Positions 29,249 through 40,277 are shown, numbered from the stretch's first letter. The stretch is DNA of 64,000 nucleotides from Candidatus Kerfeldbacteria bacterium (GCA_047946875.1 CP181398.1:1169329-1233328), one strand, 5' to 3'. Numbers and translations are program-made. Notes: generated by a model not told the origin, from the letters alone.

Positions 29249-29278
29249 TCCGGCAGAGCCGGATCAGGCTCTGCCTGA
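29249..29278. repeat. GC-rich palindromic REP-like element (family CCGGCAKAGCCGGATCAGGCTCTRCCTG)
   Basis: ggcagagcc-ggatca-ggctctgcc perfect 9-bp arms. Copies also at 34086-34118 (inverted) and 19318-19345. Confidence 0.65.
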
Positions 29279-29305
29279 AATTAATAACTAACTTTTTAAA
29301 AAACT

Positions 29306-31300
29306 ATGTCTACACCAATTATCATTGCGTTGGGATCAGCAGTAGTAGCTATTATTTATGGTGTGCTATTGAGCCGTTGGATTTTTAAATTACCTGCAGG
29401 TGATGAAAAGATGCAATCAATTGCAAAAGCAATTCAGGAGGGGGCAAAAGCTTATTTAAACAGACAAACAAAGACGGTTTCATTTATCGCTGTATTTGTT
29501 TTTTTGTTGTTAGGAATGTTAATAGATTGGACAACTGCAGCAGGATTTTTAGTAGGTGCATCTCTTTCAGCAATAGCAGGTTATATTGGTATGAATGTTT
29601 CGGTTAGAGCTAATGTTCGTACAGCAGAAGCTGCAAAAGAAAGTATGGCCAAAGCATTAAGTGTTTCATCAAAGGGTGGAGCAGTAACTGGTTTGTTAGT
29701 AGTTGGCCTTGGTTTATTAGGAGTCGCTGGGTTTTATGCTATCACTGGTGAGGTAAAACCGTTGATTGGTCTTGGTTTCGGTGGTAGTTTAATATCTATT
29801 TTTGCTAGATTAGGTGGTGGTATCTATACAAAAGCTGCTGATGTAGGAGCAGATTTAGTAGGTAAAGTTGAATCAAACATTCCTGAGGACGATCCTCGTA
29901 ATCCAGCTGTTATAGCGGATAATGTTGGTGATAATGTTGGTGATTGTGCTGGTATGGCAGCTGATTTGTATGAGACTTATGCTGTTACAGCTGTAGCGGT
30001 TATGTTATTAGCGCATTTAATATTTCCTGGTTTTGAGAATGCTTTAATGCTTCCTTTAATGATTGGCGCTCTAGCTATTATTAGTTCTGTTATTGGAGTC
30101 CTATTTATCAAATTGGGTAAAAATAAGAGTATTATGGGAGCTCTTTATAAAGGAATGATAGTAGCGGCGGTTTTATCTGCAGCTTCATTTTATCCAATCA
30201 CTAATTGGTTAATGGAGGGTAATGGAGTATATAGTATTAATAATTTATATTTAGCTTCTTTGGTTGGACTAGTAGTCACCGCTTTGATAGTAGTTATTAC
30301 AGAATATTATACCTCTACAAAATATGCTCCAGTCAGATCTATTGCAAAAAGTTCTGAGACTGGACATGGCACTAATGTAATTACTGGGTTAGCAGTTAGT
30401 ATGAAATCAACTGCCTTACCTGTATTAGTAATAGCTGGTGGTATTTTAGCTTCATATGCATTAGCTGATGTTTTTGGTGTAGCAATTGCAGCTATGAGTA
30501 TGCTTTCTTTGGCCGGTATTATTGTGACTATTGATTCTTATGGACCAATTACAGATAATGCAGGTGGTATTGCTGAGATGGCCAAATTACCAGAAGAAGT
30601 AAGAAAAACCACTGATGCTTTAGACGCTGTTGGGAATACAACTAAAGCTGTAACTAAAGGTTACGCTATTGGTTCAGCTGGACTTGCTGCTATAGTATTA
30701 TTTGCTTTTTATGTTCAAGAATTAGCTGATGCCGGTCAGGCTATCGTATTTATGTTAGATGATCCAAAAGTATTAGTCGGATTATTTATAGGTGGTTTAC
30801 TGCCGTATTTCTTTGGCGCACAAGCAATGCAAGCGGTTGGTAAAGTAGCTGGTTATGTTGTCGAAGAAGTAAGAAGACAGTTTAAAGAAAAACCAGGTAT
30901 TATGCAGGGTACTGAAAAACCAGACTACGCTAAAACAGTTGATATTGTAACTAAGGGAGCTATTAAGGAAATGGTTGTACCTGCCTTATTGCCAGTAGCT
31001 GCACCTATATTAGTTGGAGTTATCTTAGGTCCAGTTGCTTTAGGTGGTTTGTTAGTTGGCAGTATTATTACTGGAATATTTGTTGCTTTATCTATGACTA
31101 CTGGTGGTGCTGCATGGGATAATGCAAAGAAATATATTGAAGAAGGAAATCATGGCGGTAAAGGATCAATAGCGCATCAAGCAGCTGTCACTGGAGATAC
31201 AGTTGGTGATCCTTACAAAGATACTGCTGGTCCTGCTATCAATCCAATGATTAAGATTATCAATATTGTCGCATTGTTGATAATTGGATTAATTATTTAA
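29306..31300 (+). CDS. hppA: membrane-bound proton/sodium-translocating pyrophosphatase
   Basis: [11 protein letters not shown] and [17 protein letters not shown] motifs. About 15 TM helices. Confidence 0.95.
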   Translation: MSTPIIIALGSAVVAIIYGVLLSRWIFKLPAGDEKMQSIAKAIQEGAKAYLNRQTKTVSFIAVFVFLLLGMLIDWTTAAGFLVGASLSAIAGYIGMNVSVRANVRTAEAAKESMAKALSVSSKGGAVTGLLVVGLGLLGVAGFYAITGEVKPLIGLGFGGSLISIFARLGGGIYTKAADVGADLVGKVESNIPEDDPRNPAVIADNVGDNVGDCAGMAADLYETYAVTAVAVMLLAHLIFPGFENALMLPLMIGALAIISSVIGVLFIKLGKNKSIMGALYKGMIVAAVLSAASFYPITNWLMEGNGVYSINNLYLASLVGLVVTALIVVITEYYTSTKYAPVRSIAKSSETGHGTNVITGLAVSMKSTALPVLVIAGGILASYALADVFGVAIAAMSMLSLAGIIVTIDSYGPITDNAGGIAEMAKLPEEVRKTTDALDAVGNTTKAVTKGYAIGSAGLAAIVLFAFYVQELADAGQAIVFMLDDPKVLVGLFIGGLLPYFFGAQAMQAVGKVAGYVVEEVRRQFKEKPGIMQGTEKPDYAKTVDIVTKGAIKEMVVPALLPVAAPILVGVILGPVALGGLLVGSIITGIFVALSMTTGGAAWDNAKKYIEEGNHGGKGSIAHQAAVTGDTVGDPYKDTAGPAINPMIKIINIVALLIIGLII

Positions 31301-31310
31301 AAGATTAAAT

Positions 31311-31958
31311 ATGGCCTACGAAGGGTTTCGTCAAATATTAGGCCCTCTGATGAGAAAAAAGCGGGGCAATGTAACTGGGATAGAGAATCTTCCTGAACAG
31401 CCCCCTTTTATTGTTGCTGTAAATCATGAAGGGTTTTTTGATCCATTGGTATTGTTAACAGTATTATATAATAAATATAAGAGACAAATATTTTTTTTAA
31501 CGGCACAAAATATTTGGGGTATCTGGGGAGAATATTTAGCAATACATTGGTTAGGTATGATACCTCTTCATGAGGATAATCAGGAAAAAAAAGGCGCAGC
31601 CGTAAATGAGGCAATTAGCTATCTAAATAAAGGAGAAATATTTGGAATTTTTCCAGAAGGTTCTAGGAATTCAGATAAGAAAAATTTGTTAAAAGGAAAA
31701 ACCGGAACAGTGCGTATAGCAATTGGTAGTAAGATGAAAGTGGTGCCGATTGGATTGATTAATAATACTGGCTATAGAATTGGTGAGGCTATCAAAAGTT
31801 TATTTAACAAAGATAAAAAAGTTGAAATAAACATTGGTCAACCAATAGATTTTTCAGAATATTACGGAAAAGAGATCGATAAAAGCCTTTTAGAAGATGC
31901 AACTAGAAAGTTGATGAAAGAAATTGGAAAATTGTCTAATAAAGAATATAATTATTGA
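31311..31958 (+). CDS. PlsC-family acyltransferase (lysophospholipid acyltransferase-like)
   Basis: NHEGFFD (HX4D) and FPEGSR motifs. Confidence 0.75.
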   Translation: MAYEGFRQILGPLMRKKRGNVTGIENLPEQPPFIVAVNHEGFFDPLVLLTVLYNKYKRQIFFLTAQNIWGIWGEYLAIHWLGMIPLHEDNQEKKGAAVNEAISYLNKGEIFGIFPEGSRNSDKKNLLKGKTGTVRIAIGSKMKVVPIGLINNTGYRIGEAIKSLFNKDKKVEINIGQPIDFSEYYGKEIDKSLLEDATRKLMKEIGKLSNKEYNY

Positions 31959-32598
31959 TATGGTATATCCAATAGCAAATAGAACATTTTTACCTTTTAT
32001 TAGGTTTTTTATAAGGAAATCAGAAGGTTTTGAAAATATTCCCAAAGAAGGTCCTTATATTGTAGCTTGTAAACATCTTGCTTCATTGGATGGTGTTTTT
32101 TTAGCGGCGATTATGATTCCGATAATAAAGCAAAAAATACATTTTGTATCTAACGTAGCTAGATGGGGATGGTTGTGGGAAAAAATAGTAGCTGAGCAAT
32201 GGGCTGGAGTTATTCCTTTTTATAGGAAGCATCCACATATATGTTTGGATATCGCAAAAGAATATTTGAAGCAAGGTAAAATTGTTGGAATATTTCCTGA
32301 AGGATTATTAGAAAGAGATAAAAGCCAAAAGAGGGCAAAAACCGGAGTGGCAAGATTGGCAATATCTTCTAAAGTACCAATATTACCTATAAGTTTGAAA
32401 TATAATAATATGACTAGAGACATGTACGGGAATAGACATGATAGATGGAGAGTCATATGGAATACGATTATAAATCCACATTCTTTAGAAATCAAAGTAA
32501 GAAAAACTTTTGAAATAGATGAATATTATGATGAAGAGGTTGATAAGGAAATGTTAGTAGAGGCTACTAACAAAATCATGGATAAGATCGAGTTTTAA
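31959..32598 (+). CDS. PlsC-family acyltransferase, second copy
   Basis: CKHLASLDG (HX4D) and FPEGL motifs. The start overlaps the previous stop. Confidence 0.65.
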
Positions 32599-32632
32599 AA
32601 TAAGTTTTTAATTTATTAATAATGATTAATAT

Positions 32633-34084
32633 ATGAAATGGTCTGAAATATCAAAAATGTCAAAAGAAGAAATAAAAAATCTTCAAAATAAACAATTAGA
32701 AAAAATGATCAGACATCAAATTCCTTATTCTCCATATTATAGTAAGATGTTCAAAGATAATAATATTAGTTTTAAAGATATTAAAAATGTTGACGATTTA
32801 CAGAAATTACCATTTACTTCAAAAGAAGATTTGTTAGCTACTAAAGAAGATCCTGCTAAGGCAAAGAAATTTATTTTACAACCGGATGAAAAACTAATTA
32901 AAAAACATGCTCCAAAAAGTAAGTTAGCAAAAATAATATGGGGCAAGCTAACAAAACAAGATGTAAAACGTGACCTTGAGTTAGAATATAAACCAATCCA
33001 TATTCACTTTACTACTGGACGTAGCACAGATCCTATTGCTTTTACTTATTCAGCAAGAGATATATATTATTTACGCGAAGCTGGAGAAAGAATGCTTGAT
33101 GTAGCTGGTGTTCCAAGAGATATCACAGCTATGAATGCATTCCCCTATGCTCCACATTTAGGATTTTGGCAGGTATATAATGCTTGTACCAAAATAGGAT
33201 TAACATCTATTCAAAGTGGAGGTGGTAAGATTATGGGAACTCAGAAGATAATTGATGCAATGGAAAGAATGAAGATTGGATTCATTGCTTTCATACCTGG
33301 ATATGGATATCACTTAATTCGTCAGGCAGTAAAGCAGAAAAGAGATTTTTCAGGTTTAAAAATATTAGCAAGTGGTGGTGAGAGAGCAAGTATGGGTATG
33401 AAAACAAAGACTAAAGAGTTGTTGAAGGAAATTGGAGCTGATGATGTTAGATTTGTATCAACTTACGCGTTTACAGAAGGAAAAGTAGCTTGGATCCAAT
33501 GTCATGAAAGTTCTGGTTATCACTTATATCCAGATTTAGAATATTTTGAGGTAATTGATAAGGAGGGCAATAGAGTCCCAGAAGGTGAACCAGGTGAATT
33601 AGTATATACTTCTTTAAATTGGCGCGGTACAGTCGTTCTACGTTATAGAACGGGTGATATGACTGAAGGTATAGAATATGAACCATGTACACATTGTGGC
33701 AAAACTGTACCAAGAATTAAAATGGATATTCAAAGAACTTCAGAAATTAAAGAATTTCATTTAACTAAAGTAAAAGGTGAATTTGTAAATTTGAATGATT
33801 TTTATCCCCTACTTACATCTATTGATGATGTAGAAGAATGGCAGGTAGAAATTAGAAAGAAGAATAATGATCCATTTGATGTTGATGAAATAGTATTGTA
33901 TATTGCCTCAAAAGAGGGTGTTAATTTTGAACAATTAGAGGCAAAATTAAATCACGAGCTTCATAGTCAAATGTTTATCAGAGCAAACATTATTCAAAAA
34001 CCATTACAGCAGATGTTGCAAATGCTAGGCATGGAAACTGAATTAAAGGAAAAAAGATTAGTTGATAGTAGACCAAAAAAATAA
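32633..34084 (+). CDS. adenylate-forming enzyme of the phenylacetate-CoA ligase (PaaK/F390 synthetase) family
   Basis: LPFTSKEDL N-terminus and TTGRSTDP AMP-binding motif. Confidence 0.65.
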   Translation: MKWSEISKMSKEEIKNLQNKQLEKMIRHQIPYSPYYSKMFKDNNISFKDIKNVDDLQKLPFTSKEDLLATKEDPAKAKKFILQPDEKLIKKHAPKSKLAKIIWGKLTKQDVKRDLELEYKPIHIHFTTGRSTDPIAFTYSARDIYYLREAGERMLDVAGVPRDITAMNAFPYAPHLGFWQVYNACTKIGLTSIQSGGGKIMGTQKIIDAMERMKIGFIAFIPGYGYHLIRQAVKQKRDFSGLKILASGGERASMGMKTKTKELLKEIGADDVRFVSTYAFTEGKVAWIQCHESSGYHLYPDLEYFEVIDKEGNRVPEGEPGELVYTSLNWRGTVVLRYRTGDMTEGIEYEPCTHCGKTVPRIKMDIQRTSEIKEFHLTKVKGEFVNLNDFYPLLTSIDDVEEWQVEIRKKNNDPFDVDEIVLYIASKEGVNFEQLEAKLNHELHSQMFIRANIIQKPLQQMLQMLGMETELKEKRLVDSRPKK

Positions 34085-34085
34085 T

Positions 34086-34118
34086 TTCAGGTAGAGCCTG
34101 ATCCGGCTATGCCGGAAA
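34086..34118. repeat. REP-like GC-rich element (inverted copy of the 29249 family)
   Basis: caggtagagcctgatccggctatgccgg. Confidence 0.6.
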
Positions 34119-34140
34119 TTAACAAATAAAATATAATAAA

Positions 34141-35427
34141 ATGAATGTAAAAGTAAATAAATTACCGAAAAGCGAAGTAGAATTGGTAATTGAACTAAGT
34201 CAGGACGAATTAAAGCCGTTTATCGAAAAAGCTGTTAAAGATATATCTAAAAAAACAGAGATTAAAGGATTTCGTCCAGGTATGGCGCCATACGAAGTGC
34301 TAGAAAAGCAGGTTGGTGCGATGCAAATTTATCAAGAAGCTGGAGAGAATGCTATTAGAGATACATATCCAAAAGCGGTTATAGATAATAAATTATTAAC
34401 TATTGGTCAACCAAAAATTGATTTAGAAAAAATTGCTCCAGAGAATCCATTTATCTATAAGGCAAGAGTATCTTTGGTGCCAGAAGTGACTTTAGGTGAG
34501 TATAAAACTATTAAGGTTGAAAAAAAAGAAGTAAAAGTTGAAGATAAAGATATTGAAGGAACAATAAAAAATATTCAGAAAATGTTTGCAAAAGAGACTA
34601 AGTCGGATAAACCTGTAACCATGGGCAATAAGATTGAAGTCGACATGGATACTTATGTAGATAAGGTTGCTATTGATGGTGGGCAAAGTAAAGGACAGCA
34701 AGTAATGGTCGGTGAGGGTCAATATATTCCCGGCTTTGAGGATAATTTAGTTGGCATGACTATAGGGCAGGAAAAAGAATTTCAACTTAAATTTCCAAAA
34801 GAGTATCATAAAAAAGATTTGGCAGGTAAGCCAGTAGATTTTAAAGTGAAAGTTAATTCAATATTTATAATGGAAGAACCGCCTGTTGATGACGCATTGG
34901 CGAAACAAGCAGGACAGTTTGAAACACTTGCTGATATGAAAAAACAATTAGAGAAAAACATTCTTCAAGAAAAAAATAACAAAGAGAAACAACGTTGGGA
35001 ATTGGGAGTGATTGAAAAGCTAATTTCTATTTCAAAATTTGGAGAGATTCCAGAAGTATTATTAGGTTATGAACTTAATAAAATGATACATGAGCTAGAA
35101 CATGAGGTTACTACTCAAGGGATGAAGTTTGAAGATTATTTAGCAAGTATCAAAAAATCAGCAGAGGACCTTAAAAAAGAATTCGTACCTCAAGCAGAGA
35201 AAAGAATAAAAACATCTCTCTCATTACGAAATATCGCGAGTAAAGAAAAGGTGGTTGTAGATGATAGTGAGGTAGCAAAAGAGATTGAAGCTGCAAAGGT
35301 ACAATATCAAAGTCAACCTGATATGTTGAAGCAATTTGAGACAGATGAATATAAAGAATACATCCGGAACATATTAAGAAGTCAGAAAGTGTTTAAGTTT
35401 TTAGAAAAACAGAGTTCAGTAAAATAA
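34141..35427 (+). CDS. tig: trigger factor
   Basis: N-terminal ribosome-binding GFRPG motif, PPIase domain, C-terminal arm. Confidence 0.9.
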   Translation: MNVKVNKLPKSEVELVIELSQDELKPFIEKAVKDISKKTEIKGFRPGMAPYEVLEKQVGAMQIYQEAGENAIRDTYPKAVIDNKLLTIGQPKIDLEKIAPENPFIYKARVSLVPEVTLGEYKTIKVEKKEVKVEDKDIEGTIKNIQKMFAKETKSDKPVTMGNKIEVDMDTYVDKVAIDGGQSKGQQVMVGEGQYIPGFEDNLVGMTIGQEKEFQLKFPKEYHKKDLAGKPVDFKVKVNSIFIMEEPPVDDALAKQAGQFETLADMKKQLEKNILQEKNNKEKQRWELGVIEKLISISKFGEIPEVLLGYELNKMIHELEHEVTTQGMKFEDYLASIKKSAEDLKKEFVPQAEKRIKTSLSLRNIASKEKVVVDDSEVAKEIEAAKVQYQSQPDMLKQFETDEYKEYIRNILRSQKVFKFLEKQSSVK

Positions 35428-35479
35428 ATTAGAGATTAGAAAAAGCGTCGATAATAATTCGGCGCTTTTTGTATATGTA

Positions 35480-35827
35480 TTATTCCCAAAAAAAATTCTT
35501 TAGCCAATTGACTATAGTTATAAGGAACGCACCCCCAACTAAAGCCCAAAAACCATTTATATCACAACCATCTACCCAGGCTGCTACCAAATATAGAACA
35601 ACGACATTGGCAAATAAAATTGCCAAACTCCAGCAGAAAATCCATAACGGTAGAGTTGCAATAAACAATAATGGTCTCACTACCCAATTGAGAATGGTCA
35701 GTATTATAACGCAGCAAATTGCTGTCCATAAGCCATCAACTTCAAACCCAGGGATCAGGTGTGCAATAAACATGAATATTAATGCATTGATGAACAATCT
35801 TATAATTAGTCCCACTTTTTCCTCCAA
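35480..35827 (-). CDS. DUF360/YvlD-like 4-TM membrane protein (holin-like family)
   Basis: Four TM helices. The sequence is YvlD-like. Confidence 0.55.
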   Translation of the reverse strand: MEEKVGLIIRLFINALIFMFIAHLIPGFEVDGLWTAICCVIILTILNWVVRPLLFIATLPLWIFCWSLAILFANVVVLYLVAAWVDGCDINGFWALVGGAFLITIVNWLKNFFWE

Positions 35828-35905
35828 AAGATTTTAAACGAGCATCTTGATTCAATTAAATTATCTCAAATACCTTTCTTTGTCAATGAATAAAAAAACC
35901 GTATG

Positions 35906-35935
35906 TTTAAGTACGGTTTTATAATAATTTGGTTT
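35906..35935 (-). terminator. rho-independent terminator
   Basis: accgta..tacggt plus a T-run on the minus strand. Confidence 0.6.
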
Positions 35936-35942
35936 GAATTAG

Positions 35943-36182
35943 CTACACTTCTGAATAACTAGAAATCATTGACTTTGAAGCAGCTCCAGCTGGTCCAACA
36001 AATTTGTCATTATCATATATGATTGTTTCTGTCCGGATATTTCCAGCAACAGATGATTCGCCTTTGATATTAGGATCACAGACTGCCATAAGCATTATTG
36101 TGCTACGAAATGCTGCCTCAAGTTTTGCGTCGTGGAGACGAGTAGTCACTTTTATAGTACGAGCAACTGTTTTCTTGTCCAT
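35943..36182 (-). CDS. hypothetical small protein (79 aa)
   Basis: Own promoter TTGACA-N17-TAATTT and a terminator. Weak SpoVS-like resemblance only. Confidence 0.4.
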   Translation of the reverse strand: MDKKTVARTIKVTTRLHDAKLEAAFRSTIMLMAVCDPNIKGESSVAGNIRTETIIYDNDKFVGPAGAASKSMISSYSEV

Positions 36183-36357
36183 GATTTTTCCTCCTAGAAA
36201 AATTATTGAATGTGCTTCTTAATTAAGTCAAATTACATTAAATACCTTTTTATGTCAATAAATAACTTAACATCAATTTTATTGACTAATCTACAATAAA
36301 AGTCTAAGATAATCAAACAAACATAGTTCTTTTCATAATATAGGGAGGTATAAATTA

Positions 36358-36987
36358 ATGTTTTTTTACAGTATTGCTTGGATATTATTCAGGATTATAG
36401 GTTTAATTTGCGGAATGAAAAGTAATGGTGCTAATAACATCCCAAAAACAGGGACTTATATTCTGGCATCCAACCATCAATTTAGTCTTGATCCATTTTT
36501 CCTTGGAGCATGGATTTGGCGGCCGGTACATTTCTTTGCCAAAAAAGAATTATGGAACAATAAGATTCAGGGATGGCTGATTTCAAGAATGCACGCTTTT
36601 CCTGTGAATCGTAACGCCGTGGACCGGAAGGTTTTCAGATTGATTTTCAAAGTATTTGATTCCGGACAAGGTTTGGTATTTTTCCCCGAGGGAACTCGAG
36701 GATCAGGAGACACTCTTCTACCTGGCAAACCGGGATTGGGATTGATTATTAAGTTGTACTGCACTAAGCCGAACGGCACACCGATGCCTATAGTTCCGGT
36801 TTATCTCCAAAATTCACATCAGCTTTCTGCTTGTTTTTGGAGAAAGGAAAAATTGGCATTAAGAATTGGTAACCCGATTCCCGCAGATGTGGTAGCTAGA
36901 TATCTTACCACCGGAAAAGATGGCTATCAAAAACTTGCAGATCTTATAATGCAAGAAATATTGAAACTTAAACAATTAGACGGATGA
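36358..36987 (+). CDS. PlsC-family acyltransferase, third copy
   Basis: NHQFSLDP (HX4D) and FPEGTRG motifs. Terminator overlaps the stop. Confidence 0.7.
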   Translation: MFFYSIAWILFRIIGLICGMKSNGANNIPKTGTYILASNHQFSLDPFFLGAWIWRPVHFFAKKELWNNKIQGWLISRMHAFPVNRNAVDRKVFRLIFKVFDSGQGLVFFPEGTRGSGDTLLPGKPGLGLIIKLYCTKPNGTPMPIVPVYLQNSHQLSACFWRKEKLALRIGNPIPADVVARYLTTGKDGYQKLADLIMQEILKLKQLDG

Positions 36988-37067
36988 CCCATCCGTCTTT
37001 TTTTACACAAATAAAAAAACCTTGCCTGATGTGGCAAGATTTATCAAAAAATTAAAAAGACGTCTGA

Positions 37068-37220
37068 TTAAAGAACGTCTTTAAATATAACTGGAGCATT
37101 TTCATCATCTTCTGTCTCTGCGTCGATCACTAGCCTTGGTGTTGTGTCAATGTGACTGTATGCTTCTAGAATCTCTTCCTCTTTTGTTTGGGTTGGATTC
37201 TTGATTGTTAAGAAAGGCAT
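37068..37220 (-). CDS. small acidic protein (51 aa)
   Basis: GGAGG SD 8 nt upstream of the ATG. Terminator hairpin aaagacgtc..gacgtcttt after the stop. Not in the ORF track because it is under 60 aa. Confidence 0.4.
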   Translation of the reverse strand: MPFLTIKNPTQTKEEEILEAYSHIDTTPRLVIDAETEDDENAPVIFKDVL

Positions 37221-37557
37221 AAAAGCCTCCTTTTTTATTATGAATTGTACATTAATATTATTTTTGTTTTGTTGATGATCCAGACAAATTAATATACTAA
37301 ATTTTAGCTTATTTTAGCAATTTGGTCAATATAATTTTAACATAGTTAGAAGATATTGATGTTGTTTATGAATATTATATACTCTATTGTAAATATAAAG
37401 TTCTTTAATAATTTAAAACAATTAGACTTTAAACACAAGAGAGCAATAATAGTGAGCACAGTAAATTATTAATATGATTACTCAATTCTCGTTATGAGTA
37501 TAAATATACGGAATTTTTTATTAAACAAATTACAATCTATGCTATAATTAGCTTATT

Positions 37558-38400
37558 ATGAGTAAAATAGGAGCACATGTATCAATTGCCGGAGGTATTA
37601 TTAATGCCCCGCTAAACGCCGCAGAACGACAATGTGAGTCTTTCCAGATGTTTACTAGATCGCCTCGAGGAGGTAAAGCTCAGTTACTTACAAAAAATAT
37701 TATTAAAGATTTTTTGGATAATTGTGATAAGAATGAAATAAGTAATTATTATATACATACACCTTATTACATTAATTATGCCTCTGCTAAACAAAGAATA
37801 TATAAAGGCTCTATAGAGGTGGTCAGGCAAGAATTAGAGCGAGGCACCAAAATAAAAGCAAAAGCTTTAATGACACACCTAGGATCTTCAAAAGATTTTG
37901 GCAAATCAAAAGGTTTAAAAAAAGTAATCCAAGGAATCAGAGAAACAATGAAGGGATATACAGGCACTACGCAATTTTTATTAGAAAACTCTGCTGGAGC
38001 CGGAGGCACAATCATTGGTAGTACTTTCGAAGAGTTGGGTAAAATAATCAAAGCTCTGCCGAAATATAATCTGGGAGTTTGCCTAGATACATGTCATGCT
38101 TTTTCCTCTGGTTATGATATTAGGGATAAAGTGAGTGTTAATAAAACTTTGAAAGAATTTAATAAACATATTGGATTATCAAAATTAGTTTTGATACATG
38201 CAAATGATTCTAAAACAGAATTTGGATCAAATAAAGATAGACATGAGCACATAGGAAAAGGTAAAATAGGAATTAAGGGTTTTACTGCCCTGATGAGCCA
38301 TCCTGCTCTAAAAAAAGTAGACTTTATTCTGGAAACTCCGGATGATAACTTAGGAAAAATTGATTTAAATAAACTTAAAAAAATAAGAAACAACAGATGA
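37558..38400 (+). CDS. nfo: endonuclease IV (AP endonuclease)
   Basis: TIM-barrel motifs: HxxYxIN, LENSAGAG, HANDS. Confidence 0.9.
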   Translation: MSKIGAHVSIAGGIINAPLNAAERQCESFQMFTRSPRGGKAQLLTKNIIKDFLDNCDKNEISNYYIHTPYYINYASAKQRIYKGSIEVVRQELERGTKIKAKALMTHLGSSKDFGKSKGLKKVIQGIRETMKGYTGTTQFLLENSAGAGGTIIGSTFEELGKIIKALPKYNLGVCLDTCHAFSSGYDIRDKVSVNKTLKEFNKHIGLSKLVLIHANDSKTEFGSNKDRHEHIGKGKIGIKGFTALMSHPALKKVDFILETPDDNLGKIDLNKLKKIRNNR

Positions 38401-39041
38401 TTATAAATGATAGCTCAACTAAATATGCAACAATAGGCTTATGGACAATGTTTGGCTTATCTGTTGTTTTAGCAATTTTTGTATTTACTGGTATTAATAA
38501 TTTATTTGTTATGCCTTTAGAAAGATCTGAGGATCCACAGTCCGCAGATGTAATTATTGTGTTAGGTGGAGGAGTGGTAAAAGAAACTAGGTCTTTACCT
38601 TGGAGTGTTCAAGAAAGAATGAGGCAAGGTATAGTACTTTATCGACAGGGCTATGCTACTAATATGATTTTAGCGGGCGGAACTGTATCAGGGGAATCAT
38701 ATACTGAAAGTGAAATTATGAAAGCATATGCTCAACTTTTAGGTATAGCACCAGGAGACTTATTTGAAGAAAAATCTTCCACAAGTACTTATGAGAATGC
38801 CACAAATAGTTTAGAAATTATGAATGATAAAAATTGGAAGTCAGCGCTGGTAGTAACTTCTGATTATCATACTAAGCGAGCTTGCAAGGTATTTGAAAAA
38901 TTAGATATAGAAATTATTTGTATATCAGCTTCACTGGATTCTATTTTTGAAAAAGATGGATTTAGACGCTTGATAGATGCTCGATCAATTTTTAGAGAAT
39001 ATATAGCTACAGTTTATTATTATTTAAGAGGATATTTGTAA
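38397..39041 (+). CDS. DUF218 (YdcF/SanA-like) protein
   Basis: DVIIVLGGG...MILAGG. Confidence 0.7.
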   Translation: MIINDSSTKYATIGLWTMFGLSVVLAIFVFTGINNLFVMPLERSEDPQSADVIIVLGGGVVKETRSLPWSVQERMRQGIVLYRQGYATNMILAGGTVSGESYTESEIMKAYAQLLGIAPGDLFEEKSSTSTYENATNSLEIMNDKNWKSALVVTSDYHTKRACKVFEKLDIEIICISASLDSIFEKDGFRRLIDARSIFREYIATVYYYLRGYL

Positions 39042-39042
39042 T

Positions 39043-39780
39043 ATGAAATTAACAATTTTAGGTTCTGGGACATGTGTTCCTTCAGTGAAAAGAGCGAGTC
39101 CCTCAATTTATTTGGAGATTAAAGATAAAAAAATATTATTAGATATTGGTCCAGGATCACTCCGACAACTTGCAAAAGTTAGTCCTCAGGCATATCAGAA
39201 ATTAGATATTGTATTTATTAGTCATCGCCATACGGATCATATTTCTGATTTACGACCACTTGTTCAGGCACTTAATTGGACTCCAGGTTTCACTCGAAGA
39301 AAAAAATTAAATATTGTTGCGCATCAAAAAACTAAACCATTTATTAATAGTACATTAAAGGAGTCAATTTATTTTAAATCAGTTTTTTATTCAATGAAAA
39401 AAACAAAACAAATAATTAATGGTATTAAGTTTGAAACAATACAAGGTAATCATAATGAAACAAGTTTAATTGTAAAAATTACATATAATAAAAAAACAAT
39501 TGTATATACTGCTGATACGGATTATAATCCGGATTTAAGTTTAATTGCTAATAAGTGTGATTTACTTATTACAGAGAACTCATTTCCGGCTCCAATGCAA
39601 GCGGAAGGACATTTAAATTCATTTCAGGCTGCGGAAATGGCAACATTAGTTGAGGCAAAAAAATTATTACTAACTCATTTTTATCCCCCTGCTGATACTG
39701 TTGACATTAGGAAACAAGTACAGTCAATTTATAAAGGACCTATTATCCTGGCAAAAGATTTATTGATAATTAAATTATGA
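39043..39780 (+). CDS. metallo-beta-lactamase-fold hydrolase
   Basis: HRHTDH motif. Confidence 0.75.
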   Translation: MKLTILGSGTCVPSVKRASPSIYLEIKDKKILLDIGPGSLRQLAKVSPQAYQKLDIVFISHRHTDHISDLRPLVQALNWTPGFTRRKKLNIVAHQKTKPFINSTLKESIYFKSVFYSMKKTKQIINGIKFETIQGNHNETSLIVKITYNKKTIVYTADTDYNPDLSLIANKCDLLITENSFPAPMQAEGHLNSFQAAEMATLVEAKKLLLTHFYPPADTVDIRKQVQSIYKGPIILAKDLLIIKL

Positions 39781-40277
39781 AGATTGGAATAATATCAGAC
39801 TCACATGACAATGTGCCAAATATGGAGAAAGCAATATCTTGGATGAACGAAAATAATATAGAAGAAATTATTCATTGCGGTGACTTATGTGCGCCATCAA
39901 TATTGACTGCAATTTTAGCACCTCAATTTACTGGCCCCATACATATGGTATTTGGTAATGTAGAAGATAGGGATTTATTATCACAAAAAGTTTTAAATAT
40001 CAAACACGTTAATCATTACGGAGATTTGGGAAAAATTGAGTTAGATAAAAAAAAGATTGCATTTATCCATTATCCAGATAAAGCAAAAAAATTAGCTAGT
40101 TCTGGTATGTATGATCTAGTTTTTTATGGACATAGTCATAAGCCATGGGAGGAAAAAATTGGTAAGACTCGTGTAGTTAATCCTGGAACATTGGCAGGAT
40201 TGTTTTACAAAGCGACGTTTGCAGTTTATAATACAACAACAGAAAAATTAGAATTAAAAATATTAGAACAAATATGA
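39777..40277 (+). CDS. YfcE/MJ0936-family metallophosphoesterase
   Basis: GIISDSHDN...CGDL...GHSH. Confidence 0.8.
   Translation: MKIGIISDSHDNVPNMEKAISWMNENNIEEIIHCGDLCAPSILTAILAPQFTGPIHMVFGNVEDRDLLSQKVLNIKHVNHYGDLGKIELDKKKIAFIHYPDKAKKLASSGMYDLVFYGHSHKPWEEKIGKTRVVNPGTLAGLFYKATFAVYNTTTEKLELKILEQI

Noticed and set aside
35469-35837. Plus-strand ORF antisense to the DUF360 gene
   Set aside because: The minus-strand product has clear TM-helix periodicity and its own promoter and terminator. The plus ORF is low-complexity.
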